Positions 42,168 through 53,747 of a stretch of 64,000 nt of DNA are shown here, piece after piece. The translations under genes and the position numbers were made by a program. The stretch is from Paraspadella gotoi (lineage: Eukaryota; Animalia; Chaetognatha): NCBI GenBank assembly GCA_051294375.1, contig CM119268.1, forward strand, positions 15,091,082 through 15,155,081. Direction: 5' to 3'. The notes under the pieces are model-generated. The model was not told the origin of the DNA. It saw only the letters and a list, made by a program, of their open reading frames with translations, and ran no database searches. How positions within the stretch are numbered: position 1 is the first letter of the stretch; each line of letters begins with the position of its first letter.

Positions 42168-43187
42168 CTTATGTACTAATAAAATCGTTGTTGAAAATAA
42201 ACTCAAACTTATTTCTATCCAAACACAACGAAAAGAAAGGAAATTCGCTATAACATTTTAAAAAAAAATTGAATAGACAAAAATTTTTTATATTACTCCA
42301 TACCCTATATATTAATTTTTTAATATCTATTTATAAATAGGAAAGGCTAAAAATTATTTTAGGATTTTTGTAATTTTAAGATAAGATTCAGGTAGCTTGC
42401 AAAGTATAATTCTTTTTTCGATATTTTGATCATAAGTGGGTGAAAAATATGAAAAACTATTTATATTTATTACTTTTTTCTTAATTTTTACCAATAAAAC
42501 ATAAGAATCTTTGAAAGTTGTAGTTATATTTTTTATTTAACTTTTTATGCTCTATCAGAATCTATCAAAAAAAGATAAGATTGATTAAAAAAATTTTTTA
42601 TCATTATATAGTAATATTGTAATTATGATAGCAACAATAAAAGCATTAAAATCGAACTTTTTAAAAAAAATCTTTTTTTACCTGAAAGTAGACTTCAAGA
42701 CTAAAGTTTTGAACCCCCGCCCCTATTGAATTTAATTTTATAGTAGATTTCTAGCAGAAATTAAAAAAATAAAAATCTGCGAGTACTACGAATAAAAAAT
42801 GCAAGATTAAAAACTTGACATCTTTTCATTAATCAAATCTAGTAGCGAATAATATATACATTGTCATTGTAAATTTTAGTCAGAAAACAATACAATTTTA
42901 TAGAAATCACGATTAAGGCATCTAGATGATAAGGGTTGTTTCAGGTGTCCGGCCCATTTAAAAAAAAACAAACTTGGACCAATATTTGATTTAAGATACG
43001 TAGGTCGACTGAAAAGTAGCATTAAGTGGAATGAAAAACCGATCAACGCGGAGCAGATAATGAAAACATAAATACGATCGTCTTTTAGTAAAAAAGACCT
43101 CATAAAATAAAATAGAAATAAAAAAAATTTAAACGACGTTATTAGTCAGTTTAGCAAAAAGCGATGAGCATCAATCGATATTTGTCT

Positions 43188-46126
43188 TCAACTGCCGATT
43201 TCAACTTCTTGCATCGATACCCATTCCTGCCTAATTATATCGCCAGAGGTCAACGAGTCACGGTGGCTTTTTGAGTGCTTGCGCAGATGATCAGAACGGG
43301 AAAAGGTTTTCGGACATAGCGGGCACTTGAATGGCCGTTCACCAGTATGTAGGCGCATGTGACGCGTGAGCTCGTCGGAACGCTTGAATTTTTTGTCGCA
43401 CGACTCCCAAGTACACACGTACGGAGTTTCACCAGTGTGAGTTCGGACGTGTGTCGTGAGGTGAGATCGTTTCGTGTATATCTGGAAGCAGAGTTTTCAA
43501 TTAAGCAAGAAACATATCTAAATTATATTTATAATTAATAAATTAAGTAATAAGTATTCAAGTCAAATCCAACCTTGCCGCAAAATTGGCAGGGATAAAT
43601 CTTCTTTCCATCAGCGCGAAAGACAAGGGCTTCGTCCTCCGTGACCTCGTGGGAATCTTCGATCATCAGTACATGACCATCCCCTTCCATCTCTAGTTCG
43701 TTAGCGGAAGTGGAGTAAAACACGGATTCTGGTGGACCTAATTATTAACAAAAAGACAGAGTAAATACGAAATACTAATAAATGATTATGATTTTAATTC
43801 CCAGAACTCGCAATATCTGAATTTAGTCTTCGTGTTTGTGACGTCATCCAGACATGTTTCATTCGCGATCTCAAACACAAACAANNNNNNNNNNACAGTA
43901 ACGTTACGCCATTTTTCATTGTGTCATATGCTCATCGTTTTAAATACTTACTCTCGTGAGGAAGCGGAGCGGGCAAAATCTTCCTGGGTATTGTTGCCGC
44001 CGAAGGAACCGACGGTTCCTCTCTTAGTCGACGTACGACCTTAATCGGCGATGATGACAGAGCCGGAACAAAAACTGGGGCTGGGCTGGGCTTCGAGTCT
44101 TCTGCGATGTCGCCGTGATCCAGCACAATTATCTAAGTTTAATATCAGTTTTAAGTAAATTATAAACAAGAACGGAAATTCAAATGTTGTGTTGCGCCAC
44201 AGTATGTTATCGACAAGTACTGCATTGGAATAATTTATATGAGATTTCTTTAAAAAACAAAAGGCGGCGCTAGTAGTAGTTGCTTTGAGGTTTTTTTCTT
44301 TTTTTTTCTCAGCAACCAACTATAAACGAGTTATGAGCATCTTTTTTGCAAGTGGGACAGACCGACGGACAGACTTACCGATCGACCGACAAGTGACTTA
44401 CAGAGTACTCGCGTCGCAACTAAAAATACCTGGCGGCTCTTTTCACAGCATATCGTCTAACCTTTTTATTATTGGAGGAAGTTGGGCACAAGAATTTGGC
44501 AGCTAAAGAGTGTTTTCGCTTTTGAGCGCCGACCAGCGGCTTTGGGGTAGTGGTCGAGGATATTGATGAAGAAGAGGGCGGTGTCAGGTCAGACTGGCCT
44601 AACGGCTTGATTGGTTGAGGTGCAGGTTCTTTAGAGACTTTAGTATCATCTTCTTCAGTTATTGCATACAGATTGATGCCACCCGAATTATTCACCTCTA
44701 TCCTGGAAATTATAGATACAAAACATTACAAAAAAAAACGTTAAATTTAGTGGAATTCGGTTTTATTCTTACCTAAAAACTTCTTTCTGCATCGTCAATG
44801 AATAGTCACCAAGAACGATCTTGTGCCGGTCTCTCATATGGTTACTGATGACGGACTCGTTCGGAAAAATTTCAAAACAAAAAGGACATTCAAACATTTC
44901 CACCTGCCAAAACAAATTTATGTTAAAGATGGGAACGCCTGGCTATTGGCTAAGACATTGTATATATATTATATTATGAAATTGGTACAACCAATATAAA
45001 AATTATCCATTCATTTAATAAATAAGCTATCTTGCCCCAGACTTTGGACAGGCTTTGGTGGTTTAAGGCCTCCATTAATCTTAATATAATGGACGCTACC
45101 TCTAATTCCGTTCCTGAATGATCTCGCATGTGCTCTTCCATTCTTTCTTCAATGAACACATTTTCGTTGCAGACTTTGCACACGAGAGGATTGCCCCCTT
45201 CAAGATACTGCTTGAGAAGCTTGCCTGCTAAACGTCGCTTGTTTTGGCTCGACTCTTGGCCTAAAATATCAGGAAAATGTATTCAGCCAGCAGGCATTCC
45301 TGGAGATTAATACGTTCTAGAGGTCTATGGAAAATGAAGAGCAAAGTTTTTTTTAATAAATTAAGGGAAAAAGAAGAGGAACAAAACATAACGGAAAAGG
45401 ATAATTTCTCGGGTAAGTTAAGGTTTGGGGCAAGTTAGATAATAAATATCCAATAAATTCAGCGTATTTAAGATCACTGTCATGGTCCTAATTTATTTTT
45501 TTGGTAAATAAACGAACTATGTTTTTTCATCTTTCCTTTAATTTTTACATTTTTCCCATTTTCTAGAACGTATTAAAATCCAGGATTGCCTCAGCGCTTA
45601 TAAACTTTACGTATTTAATATACGAGATATATTGAAAGCCATTATAAACCTAGAAACGCTTACTTGGTTTCGCATCAGGTTTAGAAATATAAGTCGTAGG
45701 TAAATGATTGTTTTGAGCGTCTGGAAATGTTTCACACACTTCCTCCGTATATTCTACGCAAATAGAGTCAGAAATAGTGTCCGCTTGAGATTCCAATTTG
45801 ATTAAATCGCGACGTCTGTCCTCCATTGAACCATCGCAATTAAGGACGAAGTTACTAACAGCAGTACCCGTCCGCGTTGTCAAGGGACGTGCTTTAGGAT
45901 TCGTCGACCAGGCGTCTAGTCTCGAAGGTGGACGAGCGCTATATAACGTTTCCCCGTTGTCGACGTCGGCCGGAGAAGCGCTCCGGAATCTCGAATCTAT
46001 CGTTTCCGGACTTGACTCAGTCCGAACCTCCACCATGTTGGCCACGATGTTTCTATCGAGGTCCGTCGAAGTTACAAAGAAAGAGTCATGGTCCTTTGAA
46101 GAAGAGGTCATCACCGACTCGGACAT
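43188..46126 (-). CDS. KLF/SP-type C2H2 zinc-finger transcription factor with two extra internal C2H2 fingers
   Basis: C-terminal YPCQFCGK|[73 protein letters not shown] carries the [16 protein letters not shown] signature. Upstream exons encode CKVC...HMRDH and CPFC...HMRDRH. Confidence 0.85.
44164..44426 (-). mobile_element. Helentron-associated (HINE/DINE-1-like) non-autonomous element in a KLF intron
   Basis: Minus strand starts tttttagttgc...actctgtaag, has a GTCG/GTCC microsatellite (gtcggtcgatcggtaagtctgtccgtcggtc) and ends cttgttt. A related short copy lies at 58418-58503. Confidence 0.55.
44975..45074. repeat. Dispersed ~130-bp repeat family (also 56775-56905, 6736-6870 reversed, partial at 23155-23243 and 10574-10601)
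   Basis: Shared sequence gaaattggtacaaccaatataaaaattatccattcatttaataaataagctat...tttaaggcctcca. The peptide [14 protein letters not shown] recurs in the ORF track at 6722 and 44974. Confidence 0.85.
45292..45591. mobile_element. MITE, 300 bp, imperfect TIRs, candidate 4-bp TSD CAGC
   Basis: aggcattcctggagattaatacgttctaga ... tctagaacgtattaaaatccaggattgcct, with cagc immediately flanking both ends. Confidence 0.7.
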
Positions 46127-47268
46127 GTCATCTTCGCAACAGAATTTTTTATCAATAGCGAGTGATAGCACGGTGAAAAGTCTTCCTTGTTTTACTTTTT
46201 AAAAATATTGCTTAAAACAATTAACACAATGGAAAAATTTTATCAATACAATTCTAAAATACACTGCAACCGGAGAAAAGTGTCACGGGGTTATTTTACA
46301 AGTCAATAAACGTTCTTGATATTTTGGGCGTGTCCCAAATAAAGGGTGGTTGTAGGATGTATTAAAACTTTTCAGAGAAATGCCTTTGAAGTAAGTGTTT
46401 ATAAAAAGATCAACTTATTGAATTTAACTTGTAATGATAACTAATAATTAGAAAATTTTTCGAAAGCGGTATAAGTAAATTAGGAGGTAGATATCGCAAA
46501 AGTAGAAAAGGTAACAAAGGCGTGCCTTTGTAAAAGCCACGATTTCGAGAAATGATTCTGATTGGTCAGAGGATGTTGAAAACCAAAACGAGATTCAGCT
46601 GAGCACCTAGGAAAAAGGACTGACTTTTAAAACAATAATTACTTTTATAATTATTCGTAAAATAAAGTACATTGTAGAAAGACATTAAAAGACATTTCGC
46701 ATCCTTTTACTTTTATATTAAAATAAACTAGCCAGAATATTTTGTTTCATAGCAGTTTCATGCTGACTTATTAACTTCAAATTATAAAGACAAAATATTA
46801 ATTAATTAAATAAGGGTAGTATTAAATTCATTAATTTTTATTAATCTAAAATATTAAAGATATAAACAAAATAATAGTGCCAAGGGTAAAAAATCGATTA
46901 ACAAATCAATAATCCGCGAAAGTTAGGTGAGAACAGGTATAGAAACAAAGCCAAATAAATCGACATCGATTCCTAGGAAATAGTATTAAATTAATAATAT
47001 AACATATATAACAATAATAATTATTGTTATGAAAATTAATAGCCTAAATTCTTTGACTTATGTCGTTCAAGTACTCGCGATTTGATTGGTCGCTGGTTTC
47101 GTTTTCCTCTGACGAAGAATGTGATTCTCAAATTTCCGTCAACGCAAGCGCAGAACAGTTCTCGTCATGAAGTCCTGCAGTCGCCATTATTTCTCTTAGG
47201 TTACTGTCCATTTCTTGGCTCTTACGTCGAGAAAAGGGCTTCCGGACTTTGAAATTTTCGATTTCCCG

Positions 47269-50200
47269 ATGCAGCATCCGGTCGGACTATTTACTATAAA
47301 GGAGCGGCTAATTGGAGCGCTTGACAAAGACAGTAATGTATGTAAATTTGGGTCTTCTCGTCGATTCTTTTTAATAATTCTTTTACAATTAATGTTTAGG
47401 TCGTCAACCTGGACGTGGTACGGGATGCTATATCCCAGCTTGAGTCAGCCTCGTGTATCACGCGCGAATTTTTGGAGGTATTTCGATTGTCAAATGACAA
47501 ATAATGTTTTAATAAATATCTTCAAAATTTAAAGAAGATCTAACCTAACTGGGTTGGTAGTTGAGATCTGGGTCAGGTAGTAGCTTCAGTTCAGTTCAGG
47601 GTAGTAGTTTTGTTATGATTTAAAAATAGTCGGATAGTTTGCTGAAACTTTCAAATCATCACAATTAAAAAGTTTCTAAAGTACATAAAAATTCGTTCTG
47701 ATTTTAGAGATCTAATAATTATAATTATAATAAAGCAATGTAATTTTGTAATGTATTTAAAATAAAGAAAATCTTTTTTTAAAAACGCCTTAATTCTTTT
47801 TACTGATTTTGTGGGTAAAAATTGTTGGTTGCCACTTGCCACTTGACAGTGAGAAAAAGAAAGATAGATCATTGCTAATTTAAATTTAAAATTTTACCGA
47901 TAACCTAATTTTTCATTTTAATTTTCTAGTTGGTCTTATGAGACTCTTTCCCGTATGGTCAGTAAAGATATTTTGAATTCGCTTTAATTTTAATATTTAT
48001 AAATATTTCAAAATAAATTTTTTACGATTTTTTTTTTTCATTTTACTCAAAGGAAACCCGGTTGGGGCGGACAATCAATCTCCTTCGGAAAACGACTTCC
48101 GACCAGGAGGTGCAGAGGAAGGCTAAAAAGCTTCTCAAGAGCTGGCGGCGATTTATCGACACCAACAAGGTTGGAGAAACTTCGTCGGGCTCAGTCGTCC
48201 CGGGGGCTTCCGATCCATCATCACCGAAGGAGGCTGATTCGCCGGCTTCTCCCGTCGTTGGGAAGAGCCGCGTCCCCAACGGAGTCCGACTCGGTGCCGA
48301 CGCATCTTCCACCTCCTCGTTCCCCATCTCTCCTACTGTTCCGGTGTCCACACTAAGATCAAACGGGGATAAAGTGACTCCAAAACGCTCCCCGTTGGCT
48401 TCGTGTCTGCGAAAAACTGCATCTCCATTTACCGCTTCTTCTCTCGCCGTCGGCAGTGCGGTCGGATATGCCCAAAGTAACTGTGATAATACCGTCTCTC
48501 CCAAGTCCGCCCTCAAGAATGCCTCCACACTTTCGACGCGTTCCACGGCTCTCGTTAAACGAGTCACCTTCGACTGCGTTGAGCGTATCGTTTCGCCCCT
48601 GTCGCGCAAACTCATGACCTCTCCCCCGAGAATATCTCTACGAGAGACTCCTATAGAGGCATCAACCGTGTCAGCCTCCGCCGCCGCCTCTTTATCTTCC
48701 GCCAAACCCACGGTTGCCAACGGAAGAAAACTTTCGCCCGACCATTTTAATGGTGCGTTCGAAAAATTAGGTGATTGTGATATTAACTATTTTAAAACAG
48801 AAATGAACCATACAATATAACTATAACAATGTTTCGTTTGATTTTTCAGAGGATTCAAGAAAGTCATCAGTTCCAGAAAAGAAACCAAAATTATTAATAC
48901 GTTTTAGCAAGGCGCCGGGAGAAGTTGGCCGAAATTTTTCTTGTCACACCCAGGGTATTTGAATTTATTATGTACTTTATTCTTTTTATTTTGTTAATAT
49001 GTAGCTAAAGGGATTCGCGTTTCTTTTACATGGTGACAATTGTACAAGCGCCGGTTAAAAAACGCTGTCATTTGCAAACCAGTGGTTATTTCATTGATTT
49101 TAAAAAATAGTTGAGTAGAAAATATTAAAGTCATTTATATGTTCAAATTTTATATTGATCAGTTGAGATATGCCTTGACAATAAGTGGAGAAAGTTGGCT
49201 TTTAAAATCGGGTTTCATTTTCCAACTCAGTTTTTAAATTAAAATTTTTTTTTTTTTCAACTTTTAGCACTTTTTTAAACAAAACATTTATTAAGATATT
49301 AACAATATTAATATCCTTAGAAAGCCCTTAAAAAAATGAAGAGAATGATATACTTACAAAAGCTCTAACATAAAAATTAAGTTGCCCTGCCTTGGTTCAA
49401 TTAAAAGAGTCAAAAATGAATTATCTAAATTTTAAATCTTTTTATCGTCGCAATCGCTTTGCGTTTGCGACGATCTTGTAATGCTTTTGCAGATAAGTGG
49501 CATCGTCGTCGGCGTTCCAATTTATAGATCGCCTTTTTGAAGATTAAATTTGGTTGTATGAAGCTGAAAAGTTATATACAGCTTTTCATCATTGAGGTCC
49601 TTGAAATTGGTGAGGACGTTTATTAAATACGTTTTGTTTACGTTTTATCAAAACTACTTTTATTTTTATGTCTTTTTCTCTCTTTTTTAATTATATGTAG
49701 CTCTCTCTCTCTTTTCCCCAGTCGCTGATTCCTTGGGCTTTCTTTCTTTTTCTCTTTTTTCTCCTGCTGCTTCTGCTGATTCATCCAAAAACGATGTGGC
49801 TTCTCCCTCTCTCTCTGCGTTTTTATTTAAAAAAAAAAAGAATTAGGATTGAACTCGTAAAATTAGGCATCGCATTCGTGCATGTTATCATTTTGCTATC
49901 GCAACATCGGTTTTTATTCGTTCTTTTCTCGTCACTCTCTTTATTTTTTTTTTTCTTTCTTTCTTTCTTTCTTTTCCTTTCTATTCTTTCTTTCTTTCCT
50001 TTTCTATTCTTTCTTTCCTTTATATTCTTTCTTTCTTTTATTCTTCTTTCCTTTATATTCTTTCTTTCCTTTAATATTCTTTTTTCCTTTATATTCTTTC
50101 TTTCCTTTATATTCTTTCTTTCCTTTATATTTTTCTTTCCCCTTTTATTCTTTCTTCTTTTTCTTTGTTTATAAATTAATTTTTCTTTTCTCAAATTTGA

Positions 50201-52800
50201 TTTTTTTTAGTATAAAATTTGTCGTCATCCCAGATTTTTCTTATGCGATTGCGACAATCCTTAATTCCTTATGCTTTTAAGATTTTTTTAAAATAGATGA
50301 CCAATTTAAATTATTATAACATAAAATATTATTATTTATTTAAGTATCATGAAAGAGCCTGAAAAAAAAGATTTAAGTTAGCCAATCACAATTTGATTAA
50401 AATCTTAAATTTACCTTCCAGCTATCGATTTTTAAAAAGATGTCTTGTTTTTGAGTATCCTAATTAAATTAAAGCTGGTTCGGTTAAATTTTATACTACA
50501 GTATTTGTAAGTACAGCGAGTTCGAAAATGAAACCCGATTTTAAAAGCCAACTTTCTCCACTATTGTCAAGGCATATCTTAAATGATCAATATAAAATTG
50601 AACATATAAATAATTTATTATTATCTACTCAACTAATTTTTAAAATGAAATAACCACTGGTTTGCAAATGACAGCGTTTTTTTAACTGCGCTTGTAAAAT
50701 TGTCACCATGTACTATATATGTAATATTGTAATATTATTATATTACAGGCGAATTAAAGGAACTACACGGTTCCGACGTTCGCAAATCGACTTCGGCTTC
50801 CGGAACCGCCTCCGAAAACCCAGCCGAGAATGCCGCCCTCCCTGTTGAGTCAAATCGTAAAGACTCGTCTCAACGGAAGATTAAACGAAAGAAAGTCGAC
50901 GGCGAGGACGACGAGGAGCGTGCGAGTCACCCCTCTATCTCGCCACCGAACGGAATTCGTTTGGACTCTCGTTCCGCCAATGGAGTCGCGACAGCGCTCT
51001 CGTCCCCGTCGCTGCGGACGCCTAAAAACAAAAGATTAAAGAAGGGGAACGCGGAAGAGAACTCGCGAGCGTCTCTATTGGTTTCCCCATCGACCCTATC
51101 GTCCCGTGCCGCCGCCTCCACCGCCGTTGAACAGACTCTTTCATCATCTCATTCCTTATCATCAGCTGTGGCCTTATCTGATGCGTTAACCAGTCAATGC
51201 AATGAAAGCAATTTAAACAATTTCAACAACAATAACCAAAAGGACTCTCACGTGAAATCTTCTTCGGGCGCCCTAACGTCGTCGCTTGTCGCTGATTCGT
51301 CGGCGGTCATATCTCCTTCGTCTCAGGTGACACTGTTAATTTACGTATTAATAAATTCCAAGGAAAGGGAAAAAATTTTAACTAAAATTTTTTTTTCACA
51401 GCATTCGCTTTCGAATCTACATACTTCATATGGGGACCCCGGTGGAGGCGGTCGCGAGTCTTTTGTCGCTGAAAGACGCGGTTCCACCAGTAGTGCAGAG
51501 ACGCTTTGCGGCGACACAGTTGCGGAAAATTATGATAGATTTACTCTCGGCAACAGCCAACTCGACCCCCCTCGACCTCCGGGTTACTTACTCGATACGC
51601 CGACCATTTCGCCGGAGAGCCCCGTGGTGTCCCCTAAGACCGCAGATGAGGCGTCCGTCACGAAAAGGAAAAAGAGCGCGGTGCTTTCTCTGCATCAAAG
51701 TAAAGACAGCTCGAAGTCATCGCCAGTTTTCAAGCAGACGCCAAATAAATTGTCACCGTCCCTTCCTTCAATCGTTCAGGGTAATTAGTGGGGAGAAAAA
51801 AAGTAAGAGAGCAAAATTGTGGTCGTTGGGGGGCAGGAGGAGGATTGAGAACTGAAAGTTTGCTACGTAGAATTTTTTTGACTTCTGAGATGTTTTCATA
51901 TCCTCCACGCTGCATTATGACCTTGTTTTCTTTTTTGATGGAAGTTGATCTGATGTTGTACTTAGATTGAAAATTCAATTTAATTTTTTATAGGTAAAAA
52001 CCGCAAAGTTCAAACGACGGAGGAGTTGATGGCGGATTTAAAGGAAAGAACCGCAACGGAAATTGAAGAATTAACGAGGCTAGCGAAGGGAGCCGTTAAG
52101 GAAAACTCGCTGTCACATCTTTCCAGGTAAAATTCTACCTAACTTCTAGTTGACCATTACGGTGCTGATACTAAACCGCCCAGGGGATCTCTGATAATAT
52201 TTCCTTGGGATTTAGCCCAGAGCGTTAATCATCATTGTACTGTATTTGTAATGTAATTTCTGAGTTTTCTATTCATCACTTTTCTTAAGTGAATCCAAAG
52301 TCGTGGGCGGGTCTTCACCCTACCTCAGTCAAGCAAAGTCTGACTTGGTCCAAAAGTTTCTGGAAACATGCGAACCATCGTCGTCAACAACTCCCATCGA
52401 CGGAGCACCCCGTGACTGTGGGACCGTTGGCAACTGGACCGGCGTTTCGGACTCAGCACGCCTTCAACAATGCGGCTCACCTTCTGACCTCCACCTAATC
52501 GACAACCCCTTCAAGCTTCTCCCGCCCATCGACCTCAGCGTTTTGGATTGGAAAGACGATCGGATCGACGATATCAACTCTGACCGCAAAGGCGAAGATG
52601 CCAATCCAGACGTCGAAGGAAGAGATAGAGAACTTGTAGGTTTAGAGACCATAGAGAAATTGGAAAAGGAAAAGTGGTCTGGCGTCAACGGCTGTTACGA
52701 CGACACTGGTGACTGGAAAAACTGGACGCAATGCGTCGCGCTTTCTTCATACGCCGGAGATGACATCAACATTTTGCCTTACGTCGACGTCGATGGGTGA
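47269..52800 (+). CDS. MED26: Mediator complex subunit 26
   Basis: N-terminal TFIIS-like domain IKERLIGALDKDSN|VVNLDVVRDAISQLE...ITREFLE|ETRLGRTINLLRKTTSDQEVQRKAKKLLKSW (exons 47269-47337, 47400-47477, 48053-). C-terminal Med26_C motif WSGVNGCYDDTGDWKNWTQC...INILPYV. Confidence 0.92.
49029..50710. mobile_element. Non-autonomous DNA transposon (Tc1/mariner-type ends), ~195-bp TIRs, TA TSD, internal 18-bp pyrimidine minisatellite
   Basis: ta|catggtgacaatt...gggtttcattttc (49029-49222) mirrors gaaaatgaaaccc...aattgtcaccatg|ta (50524-50710). (ttctttctttcctttata)n lies at ~49985-50150. No transposase ORF. Confidence 0.85.
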
Positions 52801-53747
52801 AAGAGAGAGATTGGGGAGCTACTTTGTCGTGAACGTCAGTCGGATTATTTTCAAACTGCATTCGTTTCTTTTAAAAAGTATGACGTCGATGATTCGACGT
52901 AAAAATTTTTTTGATCTGTCAATTTAATTTAACGCGTCGTTGTTTGCAGTTTGAAAGCAAGAAAGGAGAGCAAGTAGTGCTAAATTTATTTCAAAAGGCA
53001 ATGCCGTTTGGGACAATGAGTAAAAATAAATTGAAATTTTTCTTTTTAGTCGTACTTGACTGTATAGAATTCTACTAATGAGTTTTTGGAGTAGAATAAG
53101 CGTTTAACGTTGATATTTGATTCCTAAAATTTAACAGTAAATTTAATTTTTTTGAAGAATTTTAGTACGAACTAGAGTAACAACTGGAGAAAACATGGCG
53201 ACGGTCATTTGTTCGAAATTTATTTTTATTCACGATTTTTTAGCTCAATTTGAGTTATTTCCTTCCATTTAAATTTTAACTGAATTTGAGCGTTGATATA
53301 GAAATAATCTTTACCGTTATTGCTTGGATTCGCAGACGTACAGCTAAAGGGTTGAATTGATATTTTCCTGTTTCATTATACAATTTTTCTTTGGTAAGCT
53401 ACCTTTAAAATAATTATTTGGTTAATTTATTTTATAAAAAACTACAAATAATTTTAATATCAAACACGTATTATGTTTTAGAAATGGTAAATGGTAAAGT
53501 ATTTCTTACCCAACTTTAAGTTTTGCGAGATCGTTGTTCTTGGGTCATTTATGTTAATAACCGTTTGTAATTGCGATTCTCCGAAAGATTGTCTTGATTC
53601 TATATTTATTTGCCATATACTGACAGAAAAGATGTTGTATAGAAAGCGTATTTCTCTTCCTAGATGATTATTTTTCTTTCCCTTTAAACAGAAAAGGCTT
53701 AAAAGAACCTCGACTTTTGTTCCGATGTCTAAAGCTAGAACTGACAA

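Noticed and set aside
47109-47135. ctgacga-agaat/attct hairpin as a hammerhead
   Set aside because: It is followed by CAAA rather than GAAA, and stems I and III are absent.
49794-50280. Phe/Leu-rich or Lys/Arg-rich ORFs
   Set aside because: They arise from the 18-bp minisatellite inside the transposon.
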